Positions 48,781-58,599 of a DNA stretch of 64,000 nt are shown here, in pieces. The stretch's first letter is position 1. Every line of letters starts with the position of its first letter. Source of the stretch: an uncultured virus (IMG/VR IMGVR_UViG_3300034375_007546) (Duplodnaviria; Heunggongvirae; Uroviricota; Caudoviricetes); the IMG/VR virus record IMGVR_UViG_3300034375_007546. The stretch is one strand, 5' to 3'. The notes below the pieces were generated by a model. That model worked only from the letters and a program-made list of their open reading frames with translations, made no database searches and was not told the origin of the DNA. The position numbers and the translations under genes were made by a program.

Positions 48781-50595
48781 ATGTATTTACGTCAAACTAA
48801 TAATTGGAAAGAGTTTCTGCTTCAAGAGGCAATCGAACAAACCGGTTTGCCTCTTGAAGTAGTTGCTATGATCCGAGATCTCAGCAACGAGTTAGGTTCG
48901 GTTCCAGAAAAGGTTTTAACTTCACTTGGAACTATGGCTCGTAGTTACTCGTATGCTACGCCTCTTATCATTGATTGGATGAACCCGTCAGATGATGACA
49001 ATAAATTTAGAAGTAACCCCGCAATATCAGATTTACAAGCTATTCTTTATGATCGCAGGAAGCCTCGTTCTGAAAGGACCGCCGAGGATGAAGCTCTTCG
49101 TAAGGAAATGGATAGAGACTTTATTCATCCTTTGGTAGCAGGAACCACAGGAGACAACCCGGATAATCCCCGGCTTGTAAACATTTTAGATACAAATCGT
49201 TATAGAAAGAGATACGTCAAGAAACTTAAAAAAGCGGGACTAACAGAAAAAGCAGAAGCATCAGATAAGGTTTTTGTTGATGCTATGGTTAAGTGGGCAG
49301 AAAAATTTGTAATGCCTTATATGGAGCCCATTATAAAGGCTGTTGTAGAGGATCCGGATGATTATCAATCAATATTAAAGTTTGTGAGTCGCATTTCCGA
49401 TAAAAGGAAGCTGATCGCCGCAGCTGCAAAGGCTAAAAGACTATTAGAAAGAGAACCAGAAGATCCGCAGAACGTAGTTCATAAGTTTAATAATGGTTAT
49501 TACTGGTATGATATCAAGTCTGATGCTTGTACTCTTGAAGGACAAAAGATGGGTCACTGTGGTAAAGGAATAGCTGGCGGCAACCTTTACTCTTTGCGTT
49601 CTCCATCGGGAACTAAAAAAGATCCCGATCCTCACGTTACAATAGAAATGACTGCGCCCGGTGTCATCTATCAAATCAAAGGCAAAGAAAACGACGCGCC
49701 TGTAAAGAAATACTGGCCTTATATTTCTTGGTTCATAAAGAATATTAAATCAACAGAGGGTAAGCCAGTTACAGGTTATATGGAAGAGAAAACCGGTCCC
49801 GGCTTTAGTGAGATGTATGATTACTTACAAGAACAAAATCCGGATGTGCTTAAGGAGGATTTTGCTGAGTTCGCAGATAGATACAAGGAAGGCCTCGCAG
49901 ATTATGCGGAAGCCTTATTCGCCAACTTTGATATACTTGCAGGCTCACCGTCGCCCTACGATACAATAAGGTCTCAAAATATAACCTTTAAGCATACCCC
50001 ACGCGCAGTTGACTCCGACACCCCCAGTCTAACATTTTTTATCAGTTACAAACTCAAATACAAAGCGAAGTTGCCGGATTACTTTAATTTACGCAACATC
50101 TCTTCTCGCGCTCGCGCAAAAAGGGGTGAGGAGTTAGACAAAATTCAAGATCATATTAAAAATGAAATATTCCCAAAGTATTTTTCTAGCGGAACATCCG
50201 ACACACTTCCAGAGCCCAGTCGTCCCAAGGCTGAACAAGGCGAAGGCTCTCTAAGTAATATTTACGATTTACGTTATGATTTGAAATGGAAATGGGACGT
50301 GCGCGCACCAGACAAAAAGAAACTTAGAGAAGCCGTAAAAGAAGTAAAGAATGTTCTTAAATATTTGGTTGGTGTTGACGCTGATGTGATGACTGTCGGT
50401 GGACTTGACCCCGAACAACTGCGAACCCTTCAGAAAGCATTTGATAAAGAAGGCGGCCAAGGTAAGATGGATATTACGGGCTTTGAAATGGAAGTAGAGA
50501 AGTATTTCGATAGTCTAGGGTTTCAGCCTTCTGATGACGAAGAGATGCTACAAGAAAGTATCACATTTGATCGTTGGGCAAAAATAATAAAATAA
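48781..50595 (+). CDS. Late protein with PcfJ-like domain
   Basis: EGQKMGHCG, LYSLRS, PHVTIE, QIKGKEN; late motif 6 nt upstream. Confidence 0.65.
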   Translation: MYLRQTNNWKEFLLQEAIEQTGLPLEVVAMIRDLSNELGSVPEKVLTSLGTMARSYSYATPLIIDWMNPSDDDNKFRSNPAISDLQAILYDRRKPRSERTAEDEALRKEMDRDFIHPLVAGTTGDNPDNPRLVNILDTNRYRKRYVKKLKKAGLTEKAEASDKVFVDAMVKWAEKFVMPYMEPIIKAVVEDPDDYQSILKFVSRISDKRKLIAAAAKAKRLLEREPEDPQNVVHKFNNGYYWYDIKSDACTLEGQKMGHCGKGIAGGNLYSLRSPSGTKKDPDPHVTIEMTAPGVIYQIKGKENDAPVKKYWPYISWFIKNIKSTEGKPVTGYMEEKTGPGFSEMYDYLQEQNPDVLKEDFAEFADRYKEGLADYAEALFANFDILAGSPSPYDTIRSQNITFKHTPRAVDSDTPSLTFFISYKLKYKAKLPDYFNLRNISSRARAKRGEELDKIQDHIKNEIFPKYFSSGTSDTLPEPSRPKAEQGEGSLSNIYDLRYDLKWKWDVRAPDKKKLREAVKEVKNVLKYLVGVDADVMTVGGLDPEQLRTLQKAFDKEGGQGKMDITGFEMEVEKYFDSLGFQPSDDEEMLQESITFDRWAKIIK

Positions 50596-50755
50596 TTTTT
50601 CTCTAATGGTAACAAGCCTCATAGTTACTAATGGACATGAACGGGTTAGAAAGGGCTCAGGTTGTATGCAAAATTTAGCATCCCGTAAGGAGTTTGCAGG
50701 TAAATATACGGTGAGGTGATAGTGATAAAGTAACCTATTGCACGGAGGGTTTTTC

Positions 50756-51592
50756 GTGTCTGGGTGGATTAAAAACTTTATAATAGTAGCTTCTTTACTT
50801 TTGGTAAGTTGTACCGGACCGGTCTTACCAGAATCTAACTCTAATCTAAGTCCGGATTTCATTCAAACACAACGCACAGTTGAAGTTCGAGACTCTCTCG
50901 GAGCAGTCTTGGAAGTCATTGATGCGATTAATTTTACATTAACAGAGAAAAGAACCAGACAGGCTGCTGTCAAGGTGCGTTCACTTTTATATGGCGGTCA
51001 CGGCTCTGGCACTTACATGGTGGCCTATGGCCGTCGAGTTGTCGCAACGGCTGCTCACGTCGTCCGGAACGAGAGCACTATGCTTATAGAAGGTCGCGAC
51101 GGTGAGGTGGTCATAGGCAAGGTTGTTTTTGTGGATCACAAAGTTGATCTTGCTTTTTTGGTTGTCCCTGAGATTGAAACCAGAACAGCCATCCGTTACA
51201 GACCAGAATCAAAGTATGACGAGAGACTAGTTGGCAAAAGTCTAACTTATACTGGCTTTCCTTCACACCACGATCTTCTTACAATTCATGGTTACATCGC
51301 GGCCTTAGAAAGAAATATGATTGTTTCCAATATGTTCGGGTGGTTCGGGTCGTCTGGTTCCGGCGTCTTTGACGATCAAGGAAGATATGTTGGCTGTGTA
51401 TCTGGACTAGATGTTGGCCGATTTGGTCAGGGAGTTAGAATTCCGCTAGAGGACATTGTTTGGGTCGCGCCAATCAGCCAAATTGATCAGGAGCTTTTAA
51501 AAGCAAGAATCACAACATCTGATGTGCCAGAGAAGGAAATGAAGTCTATTCCTGGCGCAGCTGCTCCGAGAAGAGGCGGGTTGAGGGACTAA
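50756..51592 (+). CDS. Trypsin-like serine protease, predicted lipoprotein
   Basis: LLLVSC lipobox; triad TAAHVV, DLAFL, GSSGSGV. Confidence 0.85.
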   Translation: MSGWIKNFIIVASLLLVSCTGPVLPESNSNLSPDFIQTQRTVEVRDSLGAVLEVIDAINFTLTEKRTRQAAVKVRSLLYGGHGSGTYMVAYGRRVVATAAHVVRNESTMLIEGRDGEVVIGKVVFVDHKVDLAFLVVPEIETRTAIRYRPESKYDERLVGKSLTYTGFPSHHDLLTIHGYIAALERNMIVSNMFGWFGSSGSGVFDDQGRYVGCVSGLDVGRFGQGVRIPLEDIVWVAPISQIDQELLKARITTSDVPEKEMKSIPGAAAPRRGGLRD

Positions 51593-51671
51593 GAAAATGC
51601 GTAATCTCCTTCTCTTGCAGAGTTGATTTATAATCGCAAGTCTGGCATAATTACTAGACAGGAGTTAATCA

Positions 51672-51938
51672 ATGTTATCTTTAATACAGAGAATACTCCG
51701 AGCGGCAACATCATTCGATACCGTGCTTAGTCGCTTGGATAGAATTGAAAGCGCGATAAATAAAATCGAGACAAAGATCAAAAAGTTTGATAAGATTGCT
51801 GATGAGAACGATGCTCTTTGGCAAATGCTCGATGAGCAAAGAGAAATGGAACAGATCTTTGTGAAGAATACAGAAGATTACAATAAAGAGATCGCAGAGA
51901 TTCTTTTGAGGAACGCGAAAGTCCAGGGCGATGCCTGA
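51672..51938 (+). CDS. Hypothetical coiled-coil protein
   Basis: AGGAG RBS; heptad pattern. Confidence 0.65.
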   Translation: MLSLIQRILRAATSFDTVLSRLDRIESAINKIETKIKKFDKIADENDALWQMLDEQREMEQIFVKNTEDYNKEIAEILLRNAKVQGDA

Positions 51939-52668
51939 TAGAGTATATCTTTTTGACGTTGACGGAACGTTAACCGAACCGAGAGAGAAGATTAAAGAAC
52001 AGATAGAGGATGTATTCATGAGTTGGATTGCATCTAAGAACAAGAGTGTGTATCTTGTTACGGGTTCCGATATCAGCAAAACCAAAGAGCAGCTTGGCGA
52101 GGATCTGATGGATGCTTGTCTTGGTGTTTTTACTTGCTCCGGTAATGTATTCAGGCAGGAAGACCAGATTATTTACAGTAACGTTTTCGATCCTGGCGAT
52201 GAGTTTATTGCGGATCTGGAACTTTATTTGGAAAACTCTCAATGGCGTTCTAAGAAAGGCAACCATATCGAAAAGCGTCCGGGAATGTTAAACTTCTCTA
52301 CTGTTGGAAGAAACGCAAATCAAAATATGCGCAAGGCTTACGCACGTTGGGATAAGACTTCTCTTGAACGAGAGGATATTGTAGCTTATATAAACGACCT
52401 GTACCCCGACCTAGAGGTTTCCATTGGCGGGTCTATCTCTGTAGACATTTATCCTAAAGGAAAGAACAAAGGTCAGGTGGTTGAGAAGTTGAGAGAGCTT
52501 CACGGTGATGATGTTGAAATGATTTTTGTTGGAGACAAGAATATCCCCGGCGGAAATGATTGGTCTCTCGCACAACGTTTGGAAACTATTGAGGGTTCTC
52601 AATGGTATCAAGTTTTATGTCCAGAAGAAACACGCTGCCTTATTGAGTATGGGGAACTATTTATATAG
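51931..52668 (+). CDS. Eukaryotic-type phosphomannomutase (HAD IIB)
   Basis: LFDVDGTLT, VTGSD, IEKRPGMLNFS..GR, GGSISVDIYPKG, FVGD..PGGND. Confidence 0.85.
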   Translation: MPDRVYLFDVDGTLTEPREKIKEQIEDVFMSWIASKNKSVYLVTGSDISKTKEQLGEDLMDACLGVFTCSGNVFRQEDQIIYSNVFDPGDEFIADLELYLENSQWRSKKGNHIEKRPGMLNFSTVGRNANQNMRKAYARWDKTSLEREDIVAYINDLYPDLEVSIGGSISVDIYPKGKNKGQVVEKLRELHGDDVEMIFVGDKNIPGGNDWSLAQRLETIEGSQWYQVLCPEETRCLIEYGELFI

Positions 52669-54687
52669 ATGAAACGCCAACTACAAATATTTAAAGAGTT
52701 TATTGAGGAAGCAAAAGACCCAGCATACTTCCAAGATACATTCAACTTCACAGTCCTGATCTCAATGGACAAGAACCGTGGTGGTTCCCGCGATGAAACT
52801 AAAAATGATATTCGCGCACTACCAGAGGTTCTAACTGTTACTCTTATCGAGAAGGAAAAGGGTGGTGTTCAGAAAGACTTAGGTAACACTTATCTTTCTA
52901 CTTTGAAGATCCACGTTCGCAGACCTCGCGATACATCCAAAGAACTAATGATGAAGCGTGTTGTAAAGCAGATCGCGAGACTGAAAGGCGTTTCGGTTCT
53001 TCGTTACAAGGAGCGTAAGCCAAAGCAAAGAAGAAAAGCTTTCTACGGACCAGGGTCATACACCAAGAGAGTTCAGAATGTTAATGAGGGTGAATACTAT
53101 CAGTCCTCAAAGCATATGGCTGACCTCAAAAAAGACTTCAAGGATCTTACTTCCAAGGGACCACAAAAGAAAGGCGGCTACAAAAACGTAAGTGACTCGC
53201 CTGATTTCAAGTCCGCACCCCCCGGAGCCCCTGGTGGTTTAGAAGAGGCACTACTTGACGAAGCTATGAAGACTGCCGCCGATCTACCCGAAGGGGTTGT
53301 AGTAGCAGTTGATCTTCAACGGATGCCTATGAAATATAAGGTCTATTATGCGATGAGGGACAACCCTAATGCTCCTTTGGTTGCAGACGATTTGGATCGC
53401 ATGGAGGCAGGCATTGATATATATGGTGTGCTGGAGGCACACAGATCGTCAGGCGACCCGTACAAGGGCACATACAAGGTTGCTACTGTAAAAGCCAGAG
53501 ATGGCTTTGGTCCATTGCTTTATGACGTAGCGTTGGAAATAGCGTCTGATAAAGCCAGGGGTTTGAAAGCAGACGATAACAGCGTATCCGATGACGCTTC
53601 TGCTATTTGGAGATATTATCACGATAAGCGTGACGACGTTGAAAAGCGCGAAGCAGATCCTTACATTGACGACTGGTATGATTCTTATCGTGCTGGCGTA
53701 ACAGATTTGAATAATCTTGCTCGGCATATGGCTGAGGCTGGATTTATTCCAGTAGCCGATCTTGAGTCAGAAAAGTCAATGAGAGACTTTGTTAAGAACA
53801 AGCGTCACCTTACAAAGATTTACAAGAAGGATTCAAAAGACACTACCACATCTTTGAAGGACGCCGGTAAGATTGTTCAGGTTACAAAACAAAAGCCAAA
53901 ACCAAAATACACGATTAAAGACCTTAGTCGCTTTGACCGTTTGCGCGAGGACATTCTAATTTCTGTTGGCAAGGAAGACGATCTTGCTACGTTTGAAATG
54001 CAGCCAGAATTCCAGCAGAAGATTTGGGACGGTGATGAGAGAATCCGCCCGGGCGTTAAGGGTGCTTTGATGGATATAGTTGATGAGTTTGTGGAGCGTT
54101 TAGATCTAGACGCGGAGATCAAAGATATAATTGTTACAGGATCTTTGGCCAACTATAACTGGTCAAAGTTCTCTGATATTGATTTGCATATCCTTATTGA
54201 CTTCAAAGAAGTTAACGACAATGAAGAGTTGGTCAAACGTTTCTTTGATGCTGTTCGTTCCAACTGGAATAAGACCCACGACATAAAAGTCAAGGGACAC
54301 GAAGTTGAGCTTTACGTTCAGGATGAAAACGAGCCACACGTTTCAACAGGAGTTTACTCTTTAATGAACGACAAGTGGCTCGTGAAACCAAACAAAGTCA
54401 AGCCTTTCATTGATAAGAAAACTGCCAAGAAAAAAGCAGCCGATATCGAAAGAGAGGTTGACAAGGTGGCTTCTGTCCTGTATGATGGTAATCATGAAGC
54501 TGCACTAGACAAGGCAGCCTACTTGAAAGAGAAGATCAAGACAATGCGCCAAGCAGGCTTAGAAAAGGCAGGAGTATTCTCCCCAGAGAACCTTGCCTTT
54601 AAGATGCTCCGAAGGTCGGAAGCACTTAGTAAATTACATGACGTATACATTAAAGCATACGATCAGACTTTAAGTCTTGACCAATGA
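52669..54687 (+). CDS. Multidomain late protein: GNAT-like plus pol-beta nucleotidyltransferase domains
   Basis: ARDGFGPLLYDVALE...SVSDDASAIWRYY; IVTGSLANYNWSKFSDIDLHI...VELYVQD. Confidence 0.7.
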   Translation: MKRQLQIFKEFIEEAKDPAYFQDTFNFTVLISMDKNRGGSRDETKNDIRALPEVLTVTLIEKEKGGVQKDLGNTYLSTLKIHVRRPRDTSKELMMKRVVKQIARLKGVSVLRYKERKPKQRRKAFYGPGSYTKRVQNVNEGEYYQSSKHMADLKKDFKDLTSKGPQKKGGYKNVSDSPDFKSAPPGAPGGLEEALLDEAMKTAADLPEGVVVAVDLQRMPMKYKVYYAMRDNPNAPLVADDLDRMEAGIDIYGVLEAHRSSGDPYKGTYKVATVKARDGFGPLLYDVALEIASDKARGLKADDNSVSDDASAIWRYYHDKRDDVEKREADPYIDDWYDSYRAGVTDLNNLARHMAEAGFIPVADLESEKSMRDFVKNKRHLTKIYKKDSKDTTTSLKDAGKIVQVTKQKPKPKYTIKDLSRFDRLREDILISVGKEDDLATFEMQPEFQQKIWDGDERIRPGVKGALMDIVDEFVERLDLDAEIKDIIVTGSLANYNWSKFSDIDLHILIDFKEVNDNEELVKRFFDAVRSNWNKTHDIKVKGHEVELYVQDENEPHVSTGVYSLMNDKWLVKPNKVKPFIDKKTAKKKAADIEREVDKVASVLYDGNHEAALDKAAYLKEKIKTMRQAGLEKAGVFSPENLAFKMLRRSEALSKLHDVYIKAYDQTLSLDQ

Positions 54688-55094
54688 TTAAAATAAGGAT
54701 TGGTAAGAAAATGAAAGGATCGGCTGTTGCAATACTAGACGACGATAGCAATATGTTATTGTTGCTGCGTTCAGAGAAGTCTCGTTGGATGCCTAAAAAG
54801 TGGGGACTCCCAGGTGGCAAGGTTGAGAGCGGTGAAGAGCCGGAAGAAGCAGCCATCCGAGAAACAAAAGAAGAAACAAGTCTGAATATTCGGAACCTAA
54901 CTTACTTAAAAGATTTTAGTAATAAATGGGTTGACTTGTTTTACACAGCCGATTATGATGGTAATATTCAAATTGATTTTGAACACGACGATTATGAATG
55001 GGTGTCTCGCGCTGACGTAGAGCAATACGACACAACGCCACAAATCGTAGACATATTTGATTGGATTTTGAAAAATGAGCGAACAAACGACTAA
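54684..55094 (+). CDS. Nudix hydrolase
   Basis: Nudix box GGKVESGEEPEEAAIRETKEETSL. Confidence 0.93.
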   Translation: MIKIRIGKKMKGSAVAILDDDSNMLLLLRSEKSRWMPKKWGLPGGKVESGEEPEEAAIRETKEETSLNIRNLTYLKDFSNKWVDLFYTADYDGNIQIDFEHDDYEWVSRADVEQYDTTPQIVDIFDWILKNERTND

Positions 55095-55467
55095 CGAAGA
55101 CGAAAGCCAAGTTGAAGAGCAATCTCCTGCTGAGGAGCTAATCCCCAAAAAGCCATCTCGTTTGTGCCCGCGCGGCATTCAAACTTTTACAGTTGCGCGC
55201 CAAGCAGACGAAACAGGCGTCTCTGGTGAGGGTGTTGTTATTGAAGGCGTTGTGTTGGCGACAGGGCAATGTATCGCTCATTGGCTGTATCCGCGACCAA
55301 AGGGTTCCATTGCTATTTTTGATTCAATGAATGATTTTATCACAGTTCATATCAAGCCACACCCAGGCAATCGCACCATTATTACATATGATGATGGCGA
55401 ACAAGAGCGATACGGACTATTTACAGAAGAGGAAAAGTCAAATGAAAATAACGAAGTCCAGACTTAA
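55075..55467 (+). CDS. Hypothetical phage protein
   Basis: DETGVSGEGVVIEGV motif; 130 aa. Confidence 0.7.
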   Translation: MSEQTTNEDESQVEEQSPAEELIPKKPSRLCPRGIQTFTVARQADETGVSGEGVVIEGVVLATGQCIAHWLYPRPKGSIAIFDSMNDFITVHIKPHPGNRTIITYDDGEQERYGLFTEEEKSNENNEVQT

Positions 55468-56113
55468 GCAAATTATTACAGAAGAGTTGCAGAACATTCT
55501 TGCCGAGGAGGATGGTCAAGACGACCCATTCGCTCCGGGCAACACACGGTATTTTGAGCCGGGTGAGAGAGAGGCAGCGCGGAAAGCGCGCGGCGGGGCT
55601 AAGACTGCAAAGGTGGGCATTCGTTCCAAGGCAGCTGCCGACCGTCGTGTAAGAGGTGAGATTCGCCAACGCGCTGAGAAGCTTCTAGACGCGTTATATC
55701 CGGATGCCTCTAATCCAGAACTAGTCTTCATCATTCGGCAAGAAGATGATGAGGGCACTCTTGTAGATAGTTTGTTTGGCTTTATGTTCCCCCGTGAGAC
55801 CAAAATGGACAAGCCAAATCCTTACCTGATGGACAGAGTAGAGGAGTGGATTAAGACGCGCTCTGGAGATGAGGAGATTGCTTTGGAAGTTGGAGGGCGA
55901 TCAAAGCCTGAGAACCTTGACTCGCTTCTTACTTATATCGAAACCAAGGGAATGGAACTAGGCAAGCAGATTTTTGACAAAGCCAAAGCTGATGCGGACA
56001 GTCGCCCAGCTAGAAACGTTCCCGTAGGTAGGGCTGCAACCCCTGGAACCCCAGAACGCGCCGCTCTCGACAGATTAATGAGTGCGGAAGTTCCGCCCAA
56101 GCGAAGACGATAA
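55442..56113 (+). CDS. Late protein with MKITKSRLKQIITEEL leader
   Basis: Late motif at 55416, GAGG RBS, shared leader. Confidence 0.75.
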   Translation: MKITKSRLKQIITEELQNILAEEDGQDDPFAPGNTRYFEPGEREAARKARGGAKTAKVGIRSKAAADRRVRGEIRQRAEKLLDALYPDASNPELVFIIRQEDDEGTLVDSLFGFMFPRETKMDKPNPYLMDRVEEWIKTRSGDEEIALEVGGRSKPENLDSLLTYIETKGMELGKQIFDKAKADADSRPARNVPVGRAATPGTPERAALDRLMSAEVPPKRRR

Positions 56114-56168
56114 GATAATCCTTGACGTGGCGCTCTCAGCCTGCTATAGTGTATGTAGAGGTTGAGAG

Positions 56169-56420
56169 ATGGTTTTTCACGGAGACTACGAAGAAGCACT
56201 AAATGATTGGGGATCAAAAAACCCCACTTGTCCCGGCGATATAAGAGTTGGCGATCTTGTGAGATCAAAAACTAAATGGTTAGGTGGTGTGGGTATTGTC
56301 ACAGACGTTTATAAGGTGACACACCTAAGTGGTGACTCTTGGTGGTGTTGCAAAGTTTACATTGACGGCAAAGAACGCGCATTGCCAATCGGAGATTTTG
56401 AATTGGTAGAAAGGAGATAA
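56169..56420 (+). CDS. Hypothetical KOW/SH3-like protein
   Basis: IRVGDLVR..GVGIVTDV; promoter at 56122. Confidence 0.65.
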   Translation: MVFHGDYEEALNDWGSKNPTCPGDIRVGDLVRSKTKWLGGVGIVTDVYKVTHLSGDSWWCCKVYIDGKERALPIGDFELVERR

Positions 56421-56421
56421 G

Positions 56422-56766
56422 TTGAGAGATTTAATTTACGGCTTCCTACTTTTCTTTGTAGGGCAAGTGCTGATATGGTTTCAAACCAATGCTCAGTTTC
56501 TAAATGAATGGGCAAAGGAGCATCCCTTTTTAATGTCTTGTATATTCAGCATTCCAATATCTTATATGTTTATCAAAGCAACCGGGCTCGTTGTAAGCCA
56601 CTTTGATGGTTTGCTTTGGCCTGGACGTTTTATTGGCTTCGCATCCGGCGTTGTTAGTTTTGCGTTCCTATCTTATTTCTTTATGGGCGAGGGTATTACA
56701 GCCAAAACAGGCTTGAGTTTGCTTCTCGCAGTTATTATTGTTTGTATTCAGGTGTTTTGGAAATGA
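56422..56766 (+). CDS. Four-TM small membrane protein (SMR/DMT-like)
   Basis: Four hydrophobic segments in 114 aa. Confidence 0.65.
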   Translation: MRDLIYGFLLFFVGQVLIWFQTNAQFLNEWAKEHPFLMSCIFSIPISYMFIKATGLVVSHFDGLLWPGRFIGFASGVVSFAFLSYFFMGEGITAKTGLSLLLAVIIVCIQVFWK

Positions 56767-56987
56767 AGAAGATTATTATTATTTGTGCCGTGCTAATGAC
56801 TGGTTGCGCACATACACGTATGCCTCTTTTGAACGGTCGCTGCCCAAGCGACTTCCCTATCAAGGGAAATGCTGAATCAAGGTTATATCATACTCCGGGT
56901 GGTGAGTATTATCATTTAACTGTACCGGAAGTTTGCTTTGCATCAGAGGATGTTGCTCGCCAGCGAGGCTTTGGTAAATCCAGATAA
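56763..56987 (+). CDS. Small lipoprotein with IKGN..YH.PG..Y domain
   Basis: LMTGC lipobox; CP..FPIKGN..LYHTPGGEYY..EVCFASE..A..GF. Confidence 0.7.
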   Translation: MKKIIIICAVLMTGCAHTRMPLLNGRCPSDFPIKGNAESRLYHTPGGEYYHLTVPEVCFASEDVARQRGFGKSR

Positions 56988-57049
56988 AGCAATAATAAAC
57001 CTTGACTTCCCGAGCCTCCCATGCTACTATATGAGTGTAGGAGGCTACT

Positions 57050-57520
57050 ATGGATAGTCATAAAGAAAACGAACTTTACGAAAGGTTCCCGCATTTATAT
57101 AGAGAGAGATTGGCTCCGTTAGAAAGCTCAAAGATGGGCTGGGGTTTTCAATGTAATGATGGTTGGTATGATATTATTCACAAAATGTCTAAGAGGATTG
57201 CTGCGATATCGTCAGACGACGAGTTCGCACCAGCCATTACGGAAGTTTCTCGGAACGAAGACGGGACGCTTTATGTTGAGGCACGCAATCTTACACCGGC
57301 AGTCTCAAATCTCATTGAAGCTGCCAAAGAACAATCAAAACTAACTTGTGAGAGTTGTGGATACGCGCCAGCGTTTAAGCGATCCAAAGACGGTCCTATG
57401 AAGGATCGTGTGGCTTGTGGACGCTGTGCAAGACAAGCAGAAGGGAGTAAGAGGCATAAGGCACCAAAACGCAAGAGAAAGCCGCGTAGGGCGCCTGATG
57501 TAATGGTTGTAAAGCGTTGA
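57050..57520 (+). CDS. Hypothetical Zn-ribbon protein
   Basis: GFQCNDGW, TCESCG, ACGRC; promoter at 57002. Confidence 0.7.
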   Translation: MDSHKENELYERFPHLYRERLAPLESSKMGWGFQCNDGWYDIIHKMSKRIAAISSDDEFAPAITEVSRNEDGTLYVEARNLTPAVSNLIEAAKEQSKLTCESCGYAPAFKRSKDGPMKDRVACGRCARQAEGSKRHKAPKRKRKPRRAPDVMVVKR

Positions 57521-57744
57521 TGAAAGAATTTAAGGTAGGCGACTTGGTTCGCGATAAGTTAAATCAAAATAATAATAGTTACGGGCTTGGTGTTGTAGTT
57601 GATGATAATCTTGCCCCTTCAAAGGGGGAGTTATGGGATCGTCTCGACGGAGCCCTCGGCAAAAAGTATTCTGTTTATTTTACGAAGTTTGGAAAGACAA
57701 TAACATTTCACGGAGATTATCTTGAACGAGTATCAGAGGACTGA
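57520..57744 (+). CDS. Hypothetical KOW/SH3-like protein
   Basis: FKVGDLVR..GLGVVV. Confidence 0.65.
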   Translation: MKEFKVGDLVRDKLNQNNNSYGLGVVVDDNLAPSKGELWDRLDGALGKKYSVYFTKFGKTITFHGDYLERVSED

Positions 57745-57944
57745 GAAGTATACAAATCGAAGGATCAAGCAACTTAAGGGCGAGTTGTCTAGCGTTGAAC
57801 CGTTGGCGTTGGATGCTAAGATGGAAAGATATACAAGTCGGCGCCTTTTTGAGCTTCGGTGCGAGGCAAAAGAAAGAGAAAACACTTTTTTGGTTGACAA
57901 CGTGCTGTTCAGAGGGTATACTATGGCAACGATGGAGGTTTACC

Positions 57945-58331
57945 GTGGTGATTGAGGATTGGTCAGAGTTTGAGGATTGGTCAGAGTATAAGACTCGCAG
58001 CCTACTAAGCAATTTTACTTGGACCGATGAAGCTACTAGTGATTGGGTTGATATTTGGGATGCTCTTTGGCAACTAGGGTTCCAATGGGAATGGAAGGTT
58101 GGTGATGGTTATGTTCGCCGCTATGATAAGTCGACTTTTAACTATTACTTTGTTCACGATCTTTACCTTACGCCTCCGCAGGAAGGTGCGATACCACTCC
58201 CGCAGATTCACGTTCTAAACGAGATCAAGGATGTTTTGCTAGATCATCCCGGCGATGATTCTCGTGTGGGCTATGCTATCAAAGCGATCAATGATTGGTT
58301 TAGCCATGTTATATTCCGAGAGAGGACATAA
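57945..58331 (+). CDS. Hypothetical protein
   Basis: GTG follows GGAGG and the promoter at 57894; contains an 18-bp tandem duplication at 57952-57987. Confidence 0.6.
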   Translation: MVIEDWSEFEDWSEYKTRSLLSNFTWTDEATSDWVDIWDALWQLGFQWEWKVGDGYVRRYDKSTFNYYFVHDLYLTPPQEGAIPLPQIHVLNEIKDVLLDHPGDDSRVGYAIKAINDWFSHVIFRERT

Positions 58332-58332
58332 A

Positions 58333-58599
58333 ATGAGAAACTTCCTAAACTTTGTTCGCGATACCTTAATGTTCATTGGCTTCTTTATTGCTACTGGGGT
58401 GTATGTTACAACCGCAGCAGGTATGGCTACCATTGTTATCAATGACATTCAGTTGGACACTTACGTTACTTTGAGGACAGGCTTTGCGGCAGTGCTATGG
58501 ATGATCCTTACCATCTGGGTACCGATTATTCTATTCTGCGGGTCAGGAAGAATCGACAGAAATCAAATAATCCTTGACAGCGATGGCGAGGCGTGGTAG
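58333..58599 (+). CDS. Two-TM membrane protein
   Basis: GAGGA RBS; two hydrophobic helices. Confidence 0.65.
   Translation: MRNFLNFVRDTLMFIGFFIATGVYVTTAAGMATIVINDIQLDTYVTLRTGFAAVLWMILTIWVPIILFCGSGRIDRNQIILDSDGEAW

Noticed and set aside
57722..57955. 77-aa ORF and the upstream extension of the 57795-58331 ORF
   Set aside because: They overlap each other and a clear promoter at 57894. The RBS supports a start at 57945, so 57722-57955 is left uncalled.
57952..57987. Short tandem duplications (18 bp here; similar ones near 12546-12575 and in the 42387 gene)
   Set aside because: These are in-frame, slippage-type duplications with no sign of a diversification system such as a reverse transcriptase or TR/VR pair.
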